IMG/VR virus record: IMGVR_UViG_3300021387_000032
Location: 2,463 to 66,462 of that record
DNA from: a virus
Reading direction: 5' to 3' (one strand)
Length of the DNA: 64,000 bases
Positions 1 through 9,843 of this stretch are shown here, piece by piece. The position numbers were made by a program, and so were the translations under genes. The notes beneath the pieces were generated by a model. The model was given only the letters and a program-made list of their open reading frames with translations, was not told where the DNA came from and did not search any database. Numbering within the stretch: position 1 is the first letter of the stretch; the number at the start of each line of letters is the position of its first letter.

Positions 1-1090
1 CGCCTGTGGCGTTTATTTGGTAACATTCGATGCCGTCAGCATCAAGCAATCTAGTTGAATCAGGGGTAATATTCTCGATATAATTACCATCAATAATAGC
101 AAGGTTTGTGATATTAATTAAAGCAAGTCCAACACTTGCGCTTATATTTCCCTCTACAAAATTTCTTGATACATTTTTAATGATACAATTTCTAATAACA
201 AAACATTCAATTTCGCCGGTTGAGTATATACCAGCAACAGCGGCTGGAAGATTATTATTGTTAAAATTATAAAATTCACAATTACATATCTGATATAATT
301 GCCCCACGATATCATTAGTAACGGCTATACCCTTAATAGCTTTATCATTACCATTTAAGCGGATACCTTCCATGTAAAAATTAGTGTTTTTCGGTGCTAA
401 AATTACTTGAGTTTCGCCATCGAATAAAATAGTACTATTACCATTACCAATCAATTTGCTTGTTTGTGTTGGAATTATTTTTGTGACTTTATATGTTTTA
501 TTAGACAAAAGTACATTTTCATGTTCACAAGCTAAAATTAATGCATCACTATCATCGGTTTCGCCATCACCCCTCGCACCAAACATTTCTGGAGTAACAA
601 AAGGAATTTCCCCATTTTTAAACTTCTGTAAAGTCAAACTCCCATCCTGCACAGTAGTAGTTGCTTCTGGATGATTGTTAAGCCAATCTGATACGGCATA
701 TGCTGTTTGCTCGTCTGTAGGTAACCCAACATCAGCCCACTCTGTAGTTCCATCTCCCTTTGTACGAAGGGACTGTCCACTCTTTCCGTTCGCAGGTTGC
801 TTATATTCATCAAGAGGTTGATTTACCTTTTTTGAAGAAAGAGAATTTATGGATGTATTTACAGCGCTCTTTAAATCAGCAATCTCATTGCCGACTTCAA
901 CCGCAGATACGTGACTTGCATTCCATGCGCCTGCCGGATGATCCACCGTAAATCGGTATAATATTCCGTTGTAATTTACATATGTACCAGCTGAGTACGC
1001 CGTAGAAGCAGAGAACTCGTTCGCAATATTTGGATCGTTTATACGGTAATCTACTCCGTTTTGTGTTATTCCACTAAGACCGTAAGCCAT
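1..1090 (-). CDS. Tailspike / right-handed beta-helix (pectate-lyase-like) depolymerase; partial, runs off the left edge
   Basis: Not in the ORF track. I translated it from ATG 1090 (RBS AGGAGA): MAYGLSGITQNGVDYRINDPNIANEF...FVTPEMFGARGDGETDDSDA... followed by Asn/Ile-rich beta-helix-like sequence. The first ~74 aa are nearly identical to the 874-aa protein. Confidence 0.8.
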   Translation of the reverse strand, partial: MAYGLSGITQNGVDYRINDPNIANEFSASTAYSAGTYVNYNGILYRFTVDHPAGAWNASHVSAVEVGNEIADLKSAVNTSINSLSSKKVNQPLDEYKQPANGKSGQSLRTKGDGTTEWADVGLPTDEQTAYAVSDWLNNHPEATTTVQDGSLTLQKFKNGEIPFVTPEMFGARGDGETDDSDALILACEHENVLLSNKTYKVTKIIPTQTSKLIGNGNSTILFDGETQVILAPKNTNFYMEGIRLNGNDKAIKGIAVTNDIVGQLYQICNCEFYNFNNNNLPAAVAGIYSTGEIECFVIRNCIIKNVSRNFVEGNISASVGLALINITNLAIIDGNYIENITPDSTRLLDADGIECYQINATG

Positions 1091-1102
1091 AATCTATCTC
1101 CT
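868..1102. repeat. 235-bp direct repeat, copy 1 (copy 2 at 4834-5068)
   Basis: Aligned by eye at offset 3966 with about 8 mismatches. Covers the RBS and N-terminal module of both tailspikes. Confidence 0.95.
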
Positions 1103-1104
1103 GC

Positions 1105-1239
1105 TCATATAACTCGATTTTCAAACTTCTTATAAGCATCGAGGTACTATTCTTCTTTGTCGCCGTTATAAGTAAGTTCGTAATACATACCATCGCGAAT
1201 ATCAGCGGGGCTCATTGGATTATTTGTAGATAAAGACAT
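1105..1239 (-). pseudogene. DUF6275-like gene remnant with in-frame TAG
   Basis: Reads MSLSTNNPMSPADIRDGMYYELTYNGDKEE*YLDAYKKFENRVI, with the stop at 1147-1149 inside a familiar phage motif. Confidence 0.55.
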
Positions 1240-1367
1240 AGTAAAACCTCCTTCTACAAAAATTAAATAATGTAAAAATAGTAAATAATATTAAAAGAGG
1301 CCACGTCCAAATTCAGACATAGCCTCTAATAATCACTAAAATATAAAATTGTCAGTTTGTAATTACA

Positions 1368-1398
1368 CGTTTATGTTGCTAATTTAAAGTGTCCTTTA
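1368..1398. repeat. ~31-bp direct repeat (second copy 2404-2434)
   Basis: cgtttatgtt(g/a)ctaatttaaagtg(t/g)ccttta. Both copies overlap the stop codon of a minus-strand gene. Confidence 0.85.
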
Positions 1399-1650
1399 TT
1401 CGACTAACATCCAATCTTCTGAAAGCATGTCTGCCTGACTCGCAAGCCATCCTACCTGTACGCCGGATGTTCCTACAAAGGCGATTGCATTCTTACCCAT
1501 TGTTTCATGGTCAGCGTTGATGATCTCCCCTTCTGCATTCTTATAAGAAATATTTGTAGCCAGTTCGATGTACTGATTTTTTCCGTTCCAACCTTCACGC
1601 TGAACACGTTTTCCATCAATTAAATAATTTAATGCTTCACTGAAATCCAT
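1396..1650 (-). CDS. DUF2829 / Tad2-like anti-defence (cyclic-nucleotide sponge) family protein
   Basis: MDFSEAL...GKRVQREGWNGK...GWLASQADMLSEDW family signature. Confidence 0.75.
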   Translation of the reverse strand: MDFSEALNYLIDGKRVQREGWNGKNQYIELATNISYKNAEGEIINADHETMGKNAIAFVGTSGVQVGWLASQADMLSEDWMLVE

Positions 1651-1655
1651 GTTGT

Positions 1656-1901
1656 TTATCTCTGACCTCCGCCGTTCATCATATTACTGATACCGAGAGC
1701 GAAATTATAAAGCATGTCTCTCTGCTGCGGTGTCATTTGCCCGCTATTAACAAGATTTTGAACTTGCTGCTCTGGATTAAAAGTCGTTGGATCATACTGA
1801 GACGCGAAATTATTGATCGTATTAAACATATTGCCCATATTTCCAAATTTGTTAGAAAACATACCGGCAAACTGTCCAAACATATTAAACGGATTGTTCA
1901 T
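1656..1901 (-). CDS. Hypothetical protein (M/N/Q-rich)
   Basis: ORF; NPEQQVQNLVNSGQMTPQQ motif is typical of Clostridia phage accessory genes. Confidence 0.7.
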   Translation of the reverse strand: MNNPFNMFGQFAGMFSNKFGNMGNMFNTINNFASQYDPTTFNPEQQVQNLVNSGQMTPQQRDMLYNFALGISNMMNGGGQR

Positions 1902-2370
1902 TTCGTTTCTCCTTTCTCTGTTGCGGTTTCTTATTCATACTATCAATCTTTGACATCATTAAGTGTAACGTCTCTGTAATGTCTGTCACGTCTTTTTGAA
2001 TAGCTGAAACCTCTTCTTTTGATGCAAAAGCAGAAGAGTCAATCTGAGCAGGAGGCTCTTCTATAACTCGATTATAATCATATGTTTCGAGAGGATAAGG
2101 ACGACCAAACTCGTCAACTTTTTTGATATAAAACCTCGGAGCATCTAAATCAAAAATATAAGCCATGCCTCCTGGTGCCACCCAGAAATACCCTGCTCCG
2201 GCAGCTCCGTGAGCCTGACCTATTGTGATAATAGAAGCTGGTTTGGACGGTTGTGTCGCAGTATTTGCGTAAGAATCTTGTTGACCGGGATACATTTGTT
2301 GAGATCCTGGTGCATTATTCGGTGTCTGGAAACCTCCATTTTGATTTCCACCAAATTGTTGGCCCTGCAT
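1885..2370 (-). CDS. Hypothetical phage protein
   Basis: ORF with strong RBS (GAAAGGAG); FYIK..D..GRP motif. Confidence 0.75.
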   Translation of the reverse strand: MQGQQFGGNQNGGFQTPNNAPGSQQMYPGQQDSYANTATQPSKPASIITIGQAHGAAGAGYFWVAPGGMAYIFDLDAPRFYIKKVDEFGRPYPLETYDYNRVIEEPPAQIDSSAFASKEEVSAIQKDVTDITETLHLMMSKIDSMNKKPQQRKEKRNEQSV

Positions 2371-2431
2371 TTTGTTACTCCTTTCGTATTAGTTTTAACT
2401 AACCGTTTATGTTACTAATTTAAAGTGGCCT

Positions 2432-5056
2432 TTAATGTCTGAAATATTGGGAGATACGCCCAGCTAAATATCGTGCGTACATTAGATAGCCGCTTTCATT
2501 CGGATGCGAGTTCCATACTGGATTTTCCACTGTCCCTTTGGTCGAAAATACACTATATACCCCGTCTTTTTTTGCATAGGTCGAATAATAAGAAAAAGGA
2601 AGTGTGTCATCAAACAGATTTATCATAGGAATATTAATTTTTTCTTTGAGTGTGTTAAAATTTACGCTTAAACTACTGGTTGCATCGGGGCTTTGCGTTG
2701 CTATTTTAAAGGGCGACACGCCAGTTGTTCCCGCAGAAGCCGATGGATTTACATTAATTGTTGTGTCTCTATTATTATTTCCGCTTGGGGCACCACATAT
2801 GCATATTAGCATTGCTTTAGGATAATGTTCTCCAATCCATTTTATACACCAATTCAAACAACCGAATAGAGTGGCTCCTTTTGACAGCATGTCAGTAATT
2901 CCTGATAAATTGGCTTCGGTGTTCCCAGAAACATAAAAATCTCCGACTTCGTCGTAATTAAAATAATCATCCCATTCTCCAACCGCCAATCCTGCCGATT
3001 TATCATTTCCATACCCAAAAGTAATTGTGATTAAATCGGTGTTTGATAATATTTCGGAATTTTCATAGATGGCGTCCATTATGTTAGGGCTTTTCCCGTC
3101 GTTTCTGGCCATAAATCCCGTCGTTCCATAGCCTAAGTTGTGTGTAGCTAAGCCTAATATTTGTCCTATGTAGTTTGGATAAGCATATGGGGAATATGTT
3201 ACATTAATTCCATCGTAGTGATGGACTGCTCCAACAGTAGTTGATGCTCCAAAGGCGGCATATACAGGTTTTTGGCCATCTCCAGACATTGGATTTTGCA
3301 TAAATTTGATTGAAAAATTATCTATTAAATCCTGAGAATATAGTTTTTTTCCATGCCCAGTGACGTACGTTGCAACCAAACGAACGCCATCTATATCCTC
3401 TGGTGTCGTATAAGCACGCCCATTATACAAACGTCTCCTTCTTATAAAAACATCGTCTTTATACTCAGCTACGAAAACATACATCCATATTTCAGAGCTT
3501 CCATTTGGATATATTTCTTGGGTATTGTTGATAAAAGTTGTTCTTCCATCAACCGGAATTAACCCAGTAAAAGCCGCATATGTACTTTCGTTCATATCGC
3601 CACTTGTTGAAATTGTCTTGTTTATTTCCCAGTCAAATGCGGAAGCTCTGTATTCTGGCAAATTTTGAAAAATAAATGAACTTAAATTATTCGAGTAATT
3701 ACTGGATGTTAAAATGGTTGACTCGTCGTATAAACAAATTAAGTTTGTCGCTTCTTCTACATAACTGGAAATATTTTCTTCTTCTTTTCCAGTTATGCTA
3801 ATGCGGATTCCTATATACTTCCCGATATATTCATCTGGTATGCGAAATAGGCCATTATACCACAGCGATGAACCACCTATATATTTTTCAAAATTAGTAG
3901 CTGTAAAACCACTATCATCAGTAAATATTGCGATTCCTATTTTATAAGGCTCGGAAACATTTAAAAACATTCCTCGTTTTACTTCGATAAGGTCAGCCGT
4001 TCTTATTCTTGTATTTGAAACGCTCGGCGTTCCTCCATTTGTTATGTTTCCTGATACAAGATATAACTCAGAACGCGTTTCTGGCGCTATGGATAGTAAA
4101 TTAACAATTGCTTCTATTTCATTAACTGCGTCAACGTTCGCCGTTTCATTCCATCTTAACCATGAAGAACCATTATAATGCCGTCTAAAAACCCTGACAC
4201 CTTCTGTGCTTGTGACATATATTTGTTGCTTATAGGATGTAATAGTAGTTGTATACACAAATAGACGACCAGGACTACTAACTGGCAAAGAATCGATAGT
4301 GGACGCGATCGCCACGGTAGGTATTTTATAGTTTCCGACTTCTAAATTATCAATATCTTCATTTTCATTTATTTGTATTACATTTTGTGTTGTTGACAAA
4401 GATAATACTCTGGTTAGTTTTGTACCAGTAGCGGACGTGGCATCCGTTATATCTTGATCTGTGGCGACGTGTCTATTAATAACAATAGAACTATCTTGGA
4501 TATACGTAGTTCGACATACAAATCGGACATAGCCATCGTAAGGCATTACTAAACGGCCATTTAAAGGAGATGAAGAACCGAGTCCAGACTTCGAATCTGT
4601 CTTCTGGTATACCCTATTCCTATCATATATAGCGACAGGCGAATGTGATGTTAATGCATAGAGTCCGGAATAATTAAGAATATCATCCTTTAATACCGGA
4701 ATGAATGAAGTCCTACTGTAAGCCCCTTTAATCGTTTCAGAATTTGCTTCTGCACCGGTATCATAATATATACTTCCGAGTTGATCTATATAACTTTTTA
4801 ATTCTTTTCCGGATTGGTTAAGAAGAAAAGTGATCTTTAAATCAGCAATCTCATTGCCGACTTCAACCGCAGATACGTGACTTGAATTCCATGCTCCTGC
4901 CGGATGATCCACCGTAAATCGGTATAATATGCCGTTGTAATTTACATATGTACCAGCTGAGTACACCGTAGAAGCGGAGAACTCATTCGCGATATTTGGA
5001 TCGTTTATACGGTAATCTACTCCGTTTTGTGTTATTTCACTAAGACCGTAAGCCAT
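2432..5056 (-). CDS. Tailspike / receptor-binding protein with C-terminal SGNH (GDSL-like) esterase domain
   Basis: SGNH blocks AFGASTT, NLGYGTTG, GYGND and HPNESGY; shared N-terminal module; position after the baseplate genes. Confidence 0.75.
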   Translation of the reverse strand: MAYGLSEITQNGVDYRINDPNIANEFSASTVYSAGTYVNYNGILYRFTVDHPAGAWNSSHVSAVEVGNEIADLKITFLLNQSGKELKSYIDQLGSIYYDTGAEANSETIKGAYSRTSFIPVLKDDILNYSGLYALTSHSPVAIYDRNRVYQKTDSKSGLGSSSPLNGRLVMPYDGYVRFVCRTTYIQDSSIVINRHVATDQDITDATSATGTKLTRVLSLSTTQNVIQINENEDIDNLEVGNYKIPTVAIASTIDSLPVSSPGRLFVYTTTITSYKQQIYVTSTEGVRVFRRHYNGSSWLRWNETANVDAVNEIEAIVNLLSIAPETRSELYLVSGNITNGGTPSVSNTRIRTADLIEVKRGMFLNVSEPYKIGIAIFTDDSGFTATNFEKYIGGSSLWYNGLFRIPDEYIGKYIGIRISITGKEEENISSYVEEATNLICLYDESTILTSSNYSNNLSSFIFQNLPEYRASAFDWEINKTISTSGDMNESTYAAFTGLIPVDGRTTFINNTQEIYPNGSSEIWMYVFVAEYKDDVFIRRRRLYNGRAYTTPEDIDGVRLVATYVTGHGKKLYSQDLIDNFSIKFMQNPMSGDGQKPVYAAFGASTTVGAVHHYDGINVTYSPYAYPNYIGQILGLATHNLGYGTTGFMARNDGKSPNIMDAIYENSEILSNTDLITITFGYGNDKSAGLAVGEWDDYFNYDEVGDFYVSGNTEANLSGITDMLSKGATLFGCLNWCIKWIGEHYPKAMLICICGAPSGNNNRDTTINVNPSASAGTTGVSPFKIATQSPDATSSLSVNFNTLKEKINIPMINLFDDTLPFSYYSTYAKKDGVYSVFSTKGTVENPVWNSHPNESGYLMYARYLAGRISQYFRH

Positions 5057-5068
5057 AATCTATCTCCT
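4834..5068. repeat. 235-bp direct repeat, copy 2
   Basis: See 868-1102. Confidence 0.95.
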
Positions 5069-5427
5069 TACTCATTCTTATTGATAACCAGATTAAACCT
5101 CGTACCGGTGGACTGTGTTGGTGTTATTGTGGTTCCCTCAACAAGCAATCCGGTCTTTTGAATCATATCTATTCGCTGATCCACTCTATCAAACCTGTCT
5201 CCTACAGCCTTCGAATTAGCGGGCATTGTCGGGTTTGTCATATTAGGATCAGTTTCGAAAATATCATCAATACCCCCCTCGTACTTACCGCCCACAGTCC
5301 ATTCAGATCCGTTCCAGAAATACCAATGTCCATGTAGCATATCAGACTCTTCACCGGTATACACATAATACTTATCAATATCGGTCATTTCAGATTTATC
5401 AGATGCTATGTATAACATGAATATCAC
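5068..5427 (-). CDS. Baseplate / tail accessory protein
   Basis: YVYTGEE...GHWYFWNGSEW..GG.Y and PANSKAVGD motifs common in tail adaptors. Confidence 0.6.
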   Translation of the reverse strand: MIFMLYIASDKSEMTDIDKYYVYTGEESDMLHGHWYFWNGSEWTVGGKYEGGIDDIFETDPNMTNPTMPANSKAVGDRFDRVDQRIDMIQKTGLLVEGTTITPTQSTGTRFNLVINKNE

Positions 5428-5445
5428 CTCTTAAACAGTTCAAAT

Positions 5446-6027
5446 CTAAGGTTTAGTAACCGTAATCTTATACCTTGTACCAGTTATCACAGACGGTTGA
5501 ATTTTAACTGTCGCAGCATCGATAGCAGACTTAACACCGCTACTCTTAACAGCCTTATTACTACCGGCAGTAGGTACATCATCGTAATGGGCAAGATTAT
5601 AAGCCTCAAGAATCTCAGCGCTATGATCCAAAGCATTAGTAAGTTCTCGGATCTGACTGTTACTCAAGGTATCTTCATCCAAAGCAGATCTCTGAACATC
5701 AAGATAAAATGTGGCAGTTATCATTTTGCCCGTTGAGTCGGTTAAGGTTAACTCAAAAGGCTGCTTTCCATGTACGGCAGTCATCTGAGCTGTGAGATGC
5801 GCTGTAATGCTCTTTTCTGACGAGTTATAAGTAGCTGATACAGAATATCCATGACCGTCGGACTTTGTTCCTCGAATAGCACAATCAGATGTACTACCGA
5901 TAGTAAGACCACTACGTCTTGAATATAAATAGAATTTAAGTACCGCATCTGTCTGATACTGTTTTACGTGTATGACTTTAGGTATCGTACCAGGAGTAAC
6001 ATCTAAATCTATTTCATATGTAAGCAT
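5446..6027 (-). CDS. BppU-like upper baseplate protein
   Basis: IHVKQY...GTKSDG...QMTAV.G motif; position after Tal. Confidence 0.65.
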   Translation of the reverse strand: MLTYEIDLDVTPGTIPKVIHVKQYQTDAVLKFYLYSRRSGLTIGSTSDCAIRGTKSDGHGYSVSATYNSSEKSITAHLTAQMTAVHGKQPFELTLTDSTGKMITATFYLDVQRSALDEDTLSNSQIRELTNALDHSAEILEAYNLAHYDDVPTAGSNKAVKSSGVKSAIDAATVKIQPSVITGTRYKITVTKP

Positions 6028-9000
6028 TTATAGTTCTCCTATTATTTTTTCAAGCTTTGATAGACGCTCTTCCAGTTCGTTAATCTTCTTGGTCTGACTT
6101 TGAACTTTAGCGGTAAGGACTGCGATAAGATCAAGGTATTTAAGGCCCAATAAATTTTCTTCGTTTTCTCCAATAGTACTGCAAACAACCTCGGGGATAA
6201 CATTCTGAACGTCTTGAGCAATAAACCCATATGAATCCGTGTCTGAGCCATTAAATTTAAATTTAGCTGGTTTAAGATCATCAATTAAATCCCCATCGAC
6301 ATCATAAACAATATCATGCTTGATTCTTCTATCAGACGAATATCCAAAACCAGTGTTAGTAGACACCCATGCTTGATAAGATCCGGCAAGTAAATTAACA
6401 CCACCACTATGAACCTTGACATATTTATCGGATACAAATTGCATAAGCGCATAGTCATTACGTGCCTCAAAATAAGTACTGTTGTCCTTCTGAAGTCTTG
6501 CAAATGTATCATTTACAGCTACATAACAAGTATCGCTATAATGAGCCTCAAACCCATATGAATTACATTTAGCAAGAATATGCTCGTCGTATTGCATTTG
6601 GGTTCCATACGATCCGACCTTAAAAAGAGTATTGGCGTCATACTGCATGTAAGCTTCACTACTACTTGCAGAATATCTTACCGCATCGCTGACTTTACCT
6701 TTAATCGTACTTGAGCCGTTGATTACAGTATTTGACGCGTCACTTCCAGCAAAATATCCACTGACATTTGAACTTTCCGCGTAATTAACAATGAGACCTT
6801 TATTTACGAGTAACCAGCCATCACCAAACTTAATAGTACCGGTCTGTGCAATATCTGAAGGTCCGTCGTTTGGGTTTATCGGCGGATACACATGCAAAGC
6901 ACTTGCACGAAAAGTAAATGTGTTTGAAATGATAAGTGCCCCATTTGAACCGTTATCACCATCAGTCAGATAAAAGGATTGAGCATCAGCATTCATGCGG
7001 ACACCAGCAGTAGTACAGATAAAATATCTCGGATTCGCAGCAAGCCCGCCTTGAGCATCTGTGTTTCTGGTGTTTGAGATCATTATACCGTCTGTGTATG
7101 AATCGGGGTTTCCCCAAACACTGCCACCTATAAGCCCTCGTCCATAACCAATATAACCGCCTGGAGTGGTCCCGGTAAATTGATCGTAAACAGCCATCAA
7201 CCCAAACAGCTTCACTCGATCGGCGCTCATCTGACCAACTTTAATGAAGTCCGCTACGATAGAACCGTCCATAGTAATTGCAATGTTATAAGTACGATTT
7301 CCATTTGAATCGACAAAACCATGACCAAGCCCGTTCATATTCCATCGCCAGAATTGAGAGGCGTTTTTATAGTCCTTACTGTTTGTAATCCAAAGTTCGT
7401 TTGAATCGTTGTTTCGATCATCGGTAGTTATCGTAATATAGCCATTGGTATGCGTATCCAACAACTGACTGGCGTTATCGAAAGCATCGACTAACATCTT
7501 ATATCCAGCACTGCCTATTTCTTTTAGAATCTCTTTAGAATCGGGCATCTTACCGAGAAGGCTATATACATCGTTTTTGGTTTCATTACTCGATCCGGTA
7601 AAAGATTCTTTCTTAGCACTGCCAAGTGTATAAACTGTATTTGCAGGATTATCTAAAGGGATGTCCAGTTTTGTTACTGGGAATATCTTTGCCAAACCAT
7701 GTGGCCGGGACACTGCATAAATTTCATCAAGCAGTTTGATCGATTCATAGTCAATATCGTAATAATTGAGGTCCAGAGCTCGAAGCTCGATCGTCATAGT
7801 GTCAAACTGGTAATCGGATAGATAATTATTTGCTATAACGAGTAACTGAGAAGGGGTTTCTGCTCTATCCCACGTAACAACTTTTTCAATCCATCCAAAT
7901 GAATCTAAAGCATTTTGATTTACAACATAATCTTTGCCATCGTTAACTGATTTAATAGTTACTCGATGTTCGATACCGTCTAATTCACCGTCAGTAAAAT
8001 AGACACTAAATTCTTTCTCGCCGGTATCAAAATCACCGCCCATGTTATAATAACCGACAGAACCGACATCACCCTCATGACACCGTTCTACCCAAGCACG
8101 CCACACATAAGTCTTTTCTGGATGAAGATCTTTAACAGTATAAGTCCATGTCTTATTAGTTTTTGTGCTCGCTTTCATAGTCCAACGTTCACTCATCGCG
8201 GAAGCTTGTGTGCTCGATCCTTTTTCCCAGTAGTGTAACCAGATAAAATGATCGTATTGTCCAAGAACCGAGTTTCCATCTTCATCAGTTACATAATAAT
8301 CTGCTGGTACTCCCGGGTTATTAAACGTAAACTGGAATTCCACATCCAAGCCATTCGTAACAGGAGCACGAGTCTTTGTTATCTTGTAATCAAGACCTTC
8401 TTTGTCTTTATCCTCGTCATCTTCGATTTTCTTGCCGTACGGAATAATGACTGTAGCAATATCGGTGTCATCCCAATTACGTGTAAAATCTATCAGATTA
8501 GTGTGAAAATCTATTTCCTGAGTATTTCGATTTGGGTATTCGTTGATGTAATCTAAATATCTTAAACCGTCGTTTTTTCTAACTCTAAAATGCCCACCAT
8601 ATCTATCGAGTAGATTGGTTTTCAGCACTTCAAAAGTTCTTGCTAAATTTGTCGTACATGTAATGCCTTCGTTGAGATAACCCCCATATGTATAAGGCTC
8701 TACTGTAACAATGCCGGTATTAAATTTTCTTTTTTCATCGGCTTTTGAATTATAATTAGCAAGTACTTTATTAATAAACGGACGTATTTCCCATTCATAG
8801 TATGCTGCCGGAGGCTGCAAAACATCGTTCAGATACGCTAATTCGCCTTCGCATGTCAGTTTTCTGTTGTTCCAATAATCTTTGTCTTCCGTTATAACTC
8901 GACCAGCCCAGATCTCTTCGTTGTTACGTTTGACGGAGATCTCGGTTTTCATTCGCTGGACAGCCTCGTAACCAGCATTTGTAGACGGCATGGTAAACGA

Positions 9001-9114
9001 AAAAGACCCTGCTGAGTTTTCAGCAAGGGTCAATTTCGGATTAATAAGTGTCACGAGATCAGAAGGAGATTTATCGTCATATATACAAATATCATCAGCA
9101 AATACTGAATACAT
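6028..9114 (-). CDS. Tal / tail endopeptidase-family hub protein with C-terminal intramolecular chaperone (peptidase S74)
   Basis: N-terminal CEGELAYLND motif; WRWNMNGLG...AITMDG; C-terminal SDRRIKHDI...YGFIAQDV plus coiled coil. Confidence 0.8.
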   Translation of the reverse strand: MYSVFADDICIYDDKSPSDLVTLINPKLTLAENSAGSFSFTMPSTNAGYEAVQRMKTEISVKRNNEEIWAGRVITEDKDYWNNRKLTCEGELAYLNDVLQPPAAYYEWEIRPFINKVLANYNSKADEKRKFNTGIVTVEPYTYGGYLNEGITCTTNLARTFEVLKTNLLDRYGGHFRVRKNDGLRYLDYINEYPNRNTQEIDFHTNLIDFTRNWDDTDIATVIIPYGKKIEDDEDKDKEGLDYKITKTRAPVTNGLDVEFQFTFNNPGVPADYYVTDEDGNSVLGQYDHFIWLHYWEKGSSTQASAMSERWTMKASTKTNKTWTYTVKDLHPEKTYVWRAWVERCHEGDVGSVGYYNMGGDFDTGEKEFSVYFTDGELDGIEHRVTIKSVNDGKDYVVNQNALDSFGWIEKVVTWDRAETPSQLLVIANNYLSDYQFDTMTIELRALDLNYYDIDYESIKLLDEIYAVSRPHGLAKIFPVTKLDIPLDNPANTVYTLGSAKKESFTGSSNETKNDVYSLLGKMPDSKEILKEIGSAGYKMLVDAFDNASQLLDTHTNGYITITTDDRNNDSNELWITNSKDYKNASQFWRWNMNGLGHGFVDSNGNRTYNIAITMDGSIVADFIKVGQMSADRVKLFGLMAVYDQFTGTTPGGYIGYGRGLIGGSVWGNPDSYTDGIMISNTRNTDAQGGLAANPRYFICTTAGVRMNADAQSFYLTDGDNGSNGALIISNTFTFRASALHVYPPINPNDGPSDIAQTGTIKFGDGWLLVNKGLIVNYAESSNVSGYFAGSDASNTVINGSSTIKGKVSDAVRYSASSSEAYMQYDANTLFKVGSYGTQMQYDEHILAKCNSYGFEAHYSDTCYVAVNDTFARLQKDNSTYFEARNDYALMQFVSDKYVKVHSGGVNLLAGSYQAWVSTNTGFGYSSDRRIKHDIVYDVDGDLIDDLKPAKFKFNGSDTDSYGFIAQDVQNVIPEVVCSTIGENEENLLGLKYLDLIAVLTAKVQSQTKKINELEERLSKLEKIIGEL

Positions 9115-9116
9115 GA

Positions 9117-9842
9117 TTACAAACTCCCCCTTTCGTAATCCACTTTAAGTGTTGCTGAGCCGGATAACGATTTATACCACAATGTAAATGTATCACCGTA
9201 AAATATAACCCGCGGAACTTCATGAGTGCCGGGTTTAAGGTTTATGGTCTCGTCAATTTTTAGGGTCGGGTTTACAAATTCGATTTCAACGCCGCTTGTA
9301 GAGCTGGCTGTCACTGTTAGCTTAGGAACAACCGGCACTTCACCAAGATGGTCAACAAGCTTTGTAAACGCATAAGACTGTCTTGATGTGGTAGCATTAA
9401 ACGTTTTACTGTATGGCGTGTAGTAGTATTTATACGGCTCAAGGTCATACGAGATAGTAATACGCGAATTAAACTCTTCCGATTTCCACGAATTTACCTG
9501 GAATCTGCCTTCATACCACCATTCTGGATCATCTTCAAGTTGCATCTCCATTGTTCGATTATGAAGATAATTCATTATTTCCGAGTAAGCATCAGCCCAT
9601 TCCTGATGGACTGTAACTATTTCGTTGAAGTCGTTCACGACGATAAACTCAATATCCCCGGTTCGTCTTTTAAAGAGTGGATATCCGGTTAATGACTCAG
9701 ATAAGTCAAGTACACCGCTTTCACCGGGAATATCAATTGTCATGGTTTTAGCTTCAGGAGGATTAATGACTGGACGAGAAGTAGGGATCAGGTGCCAGTC
9801 TTCCCATGAGTTTTTTTCACCGAATGTCACAGAATGATACAT
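9117..9842 (-). CDS. Distal tail protein (Dit)
   Basis: IDIPG..G.LDLSE and DDPEWWYEGR; lies between TMP and Tal; start taken at MYHSVTF. Confidence 0.8.
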   Translation of the reverse strand: MYHSVTFGEKNSWEDWHLIPTSRPVINPPEAKTMTIDIPGESGVLDLSESLTGYPLFKRRTGDIEFIVVNDFNEIVTVHQEWADAYSEIMNYLHNRTMEMQLEDDPEWWYEGRFQVNSWKSEEFNSRITISYDLEPYKYYYTPYSKTFNATTSRQSYAFTKLVDHLGEVPVVPKLTVTASSTSGVEIEFVNPTLKIDETINLKPGTHEVPRVIFYGDTFTLWYKSLSGSATLKVDYERGSL

Positions 9843-9843
9843 C

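Noticed and set aside
1105-1239. In-frame TAG as evidence of stop-codon recoding
   Set aside because: Other genes end normally in TAG (for example 5446, 25331, 45278 and the integrase), and long ORFs are intact in code 11. A pseudogene is the simpler explanation.
868-5068. Duplicated segment as a DGR template/variable repeat pair
   Set aside because: No reverse transcriptase in the window, mismatches are not adenine-specific, and the repeat is at gene 5' ends.
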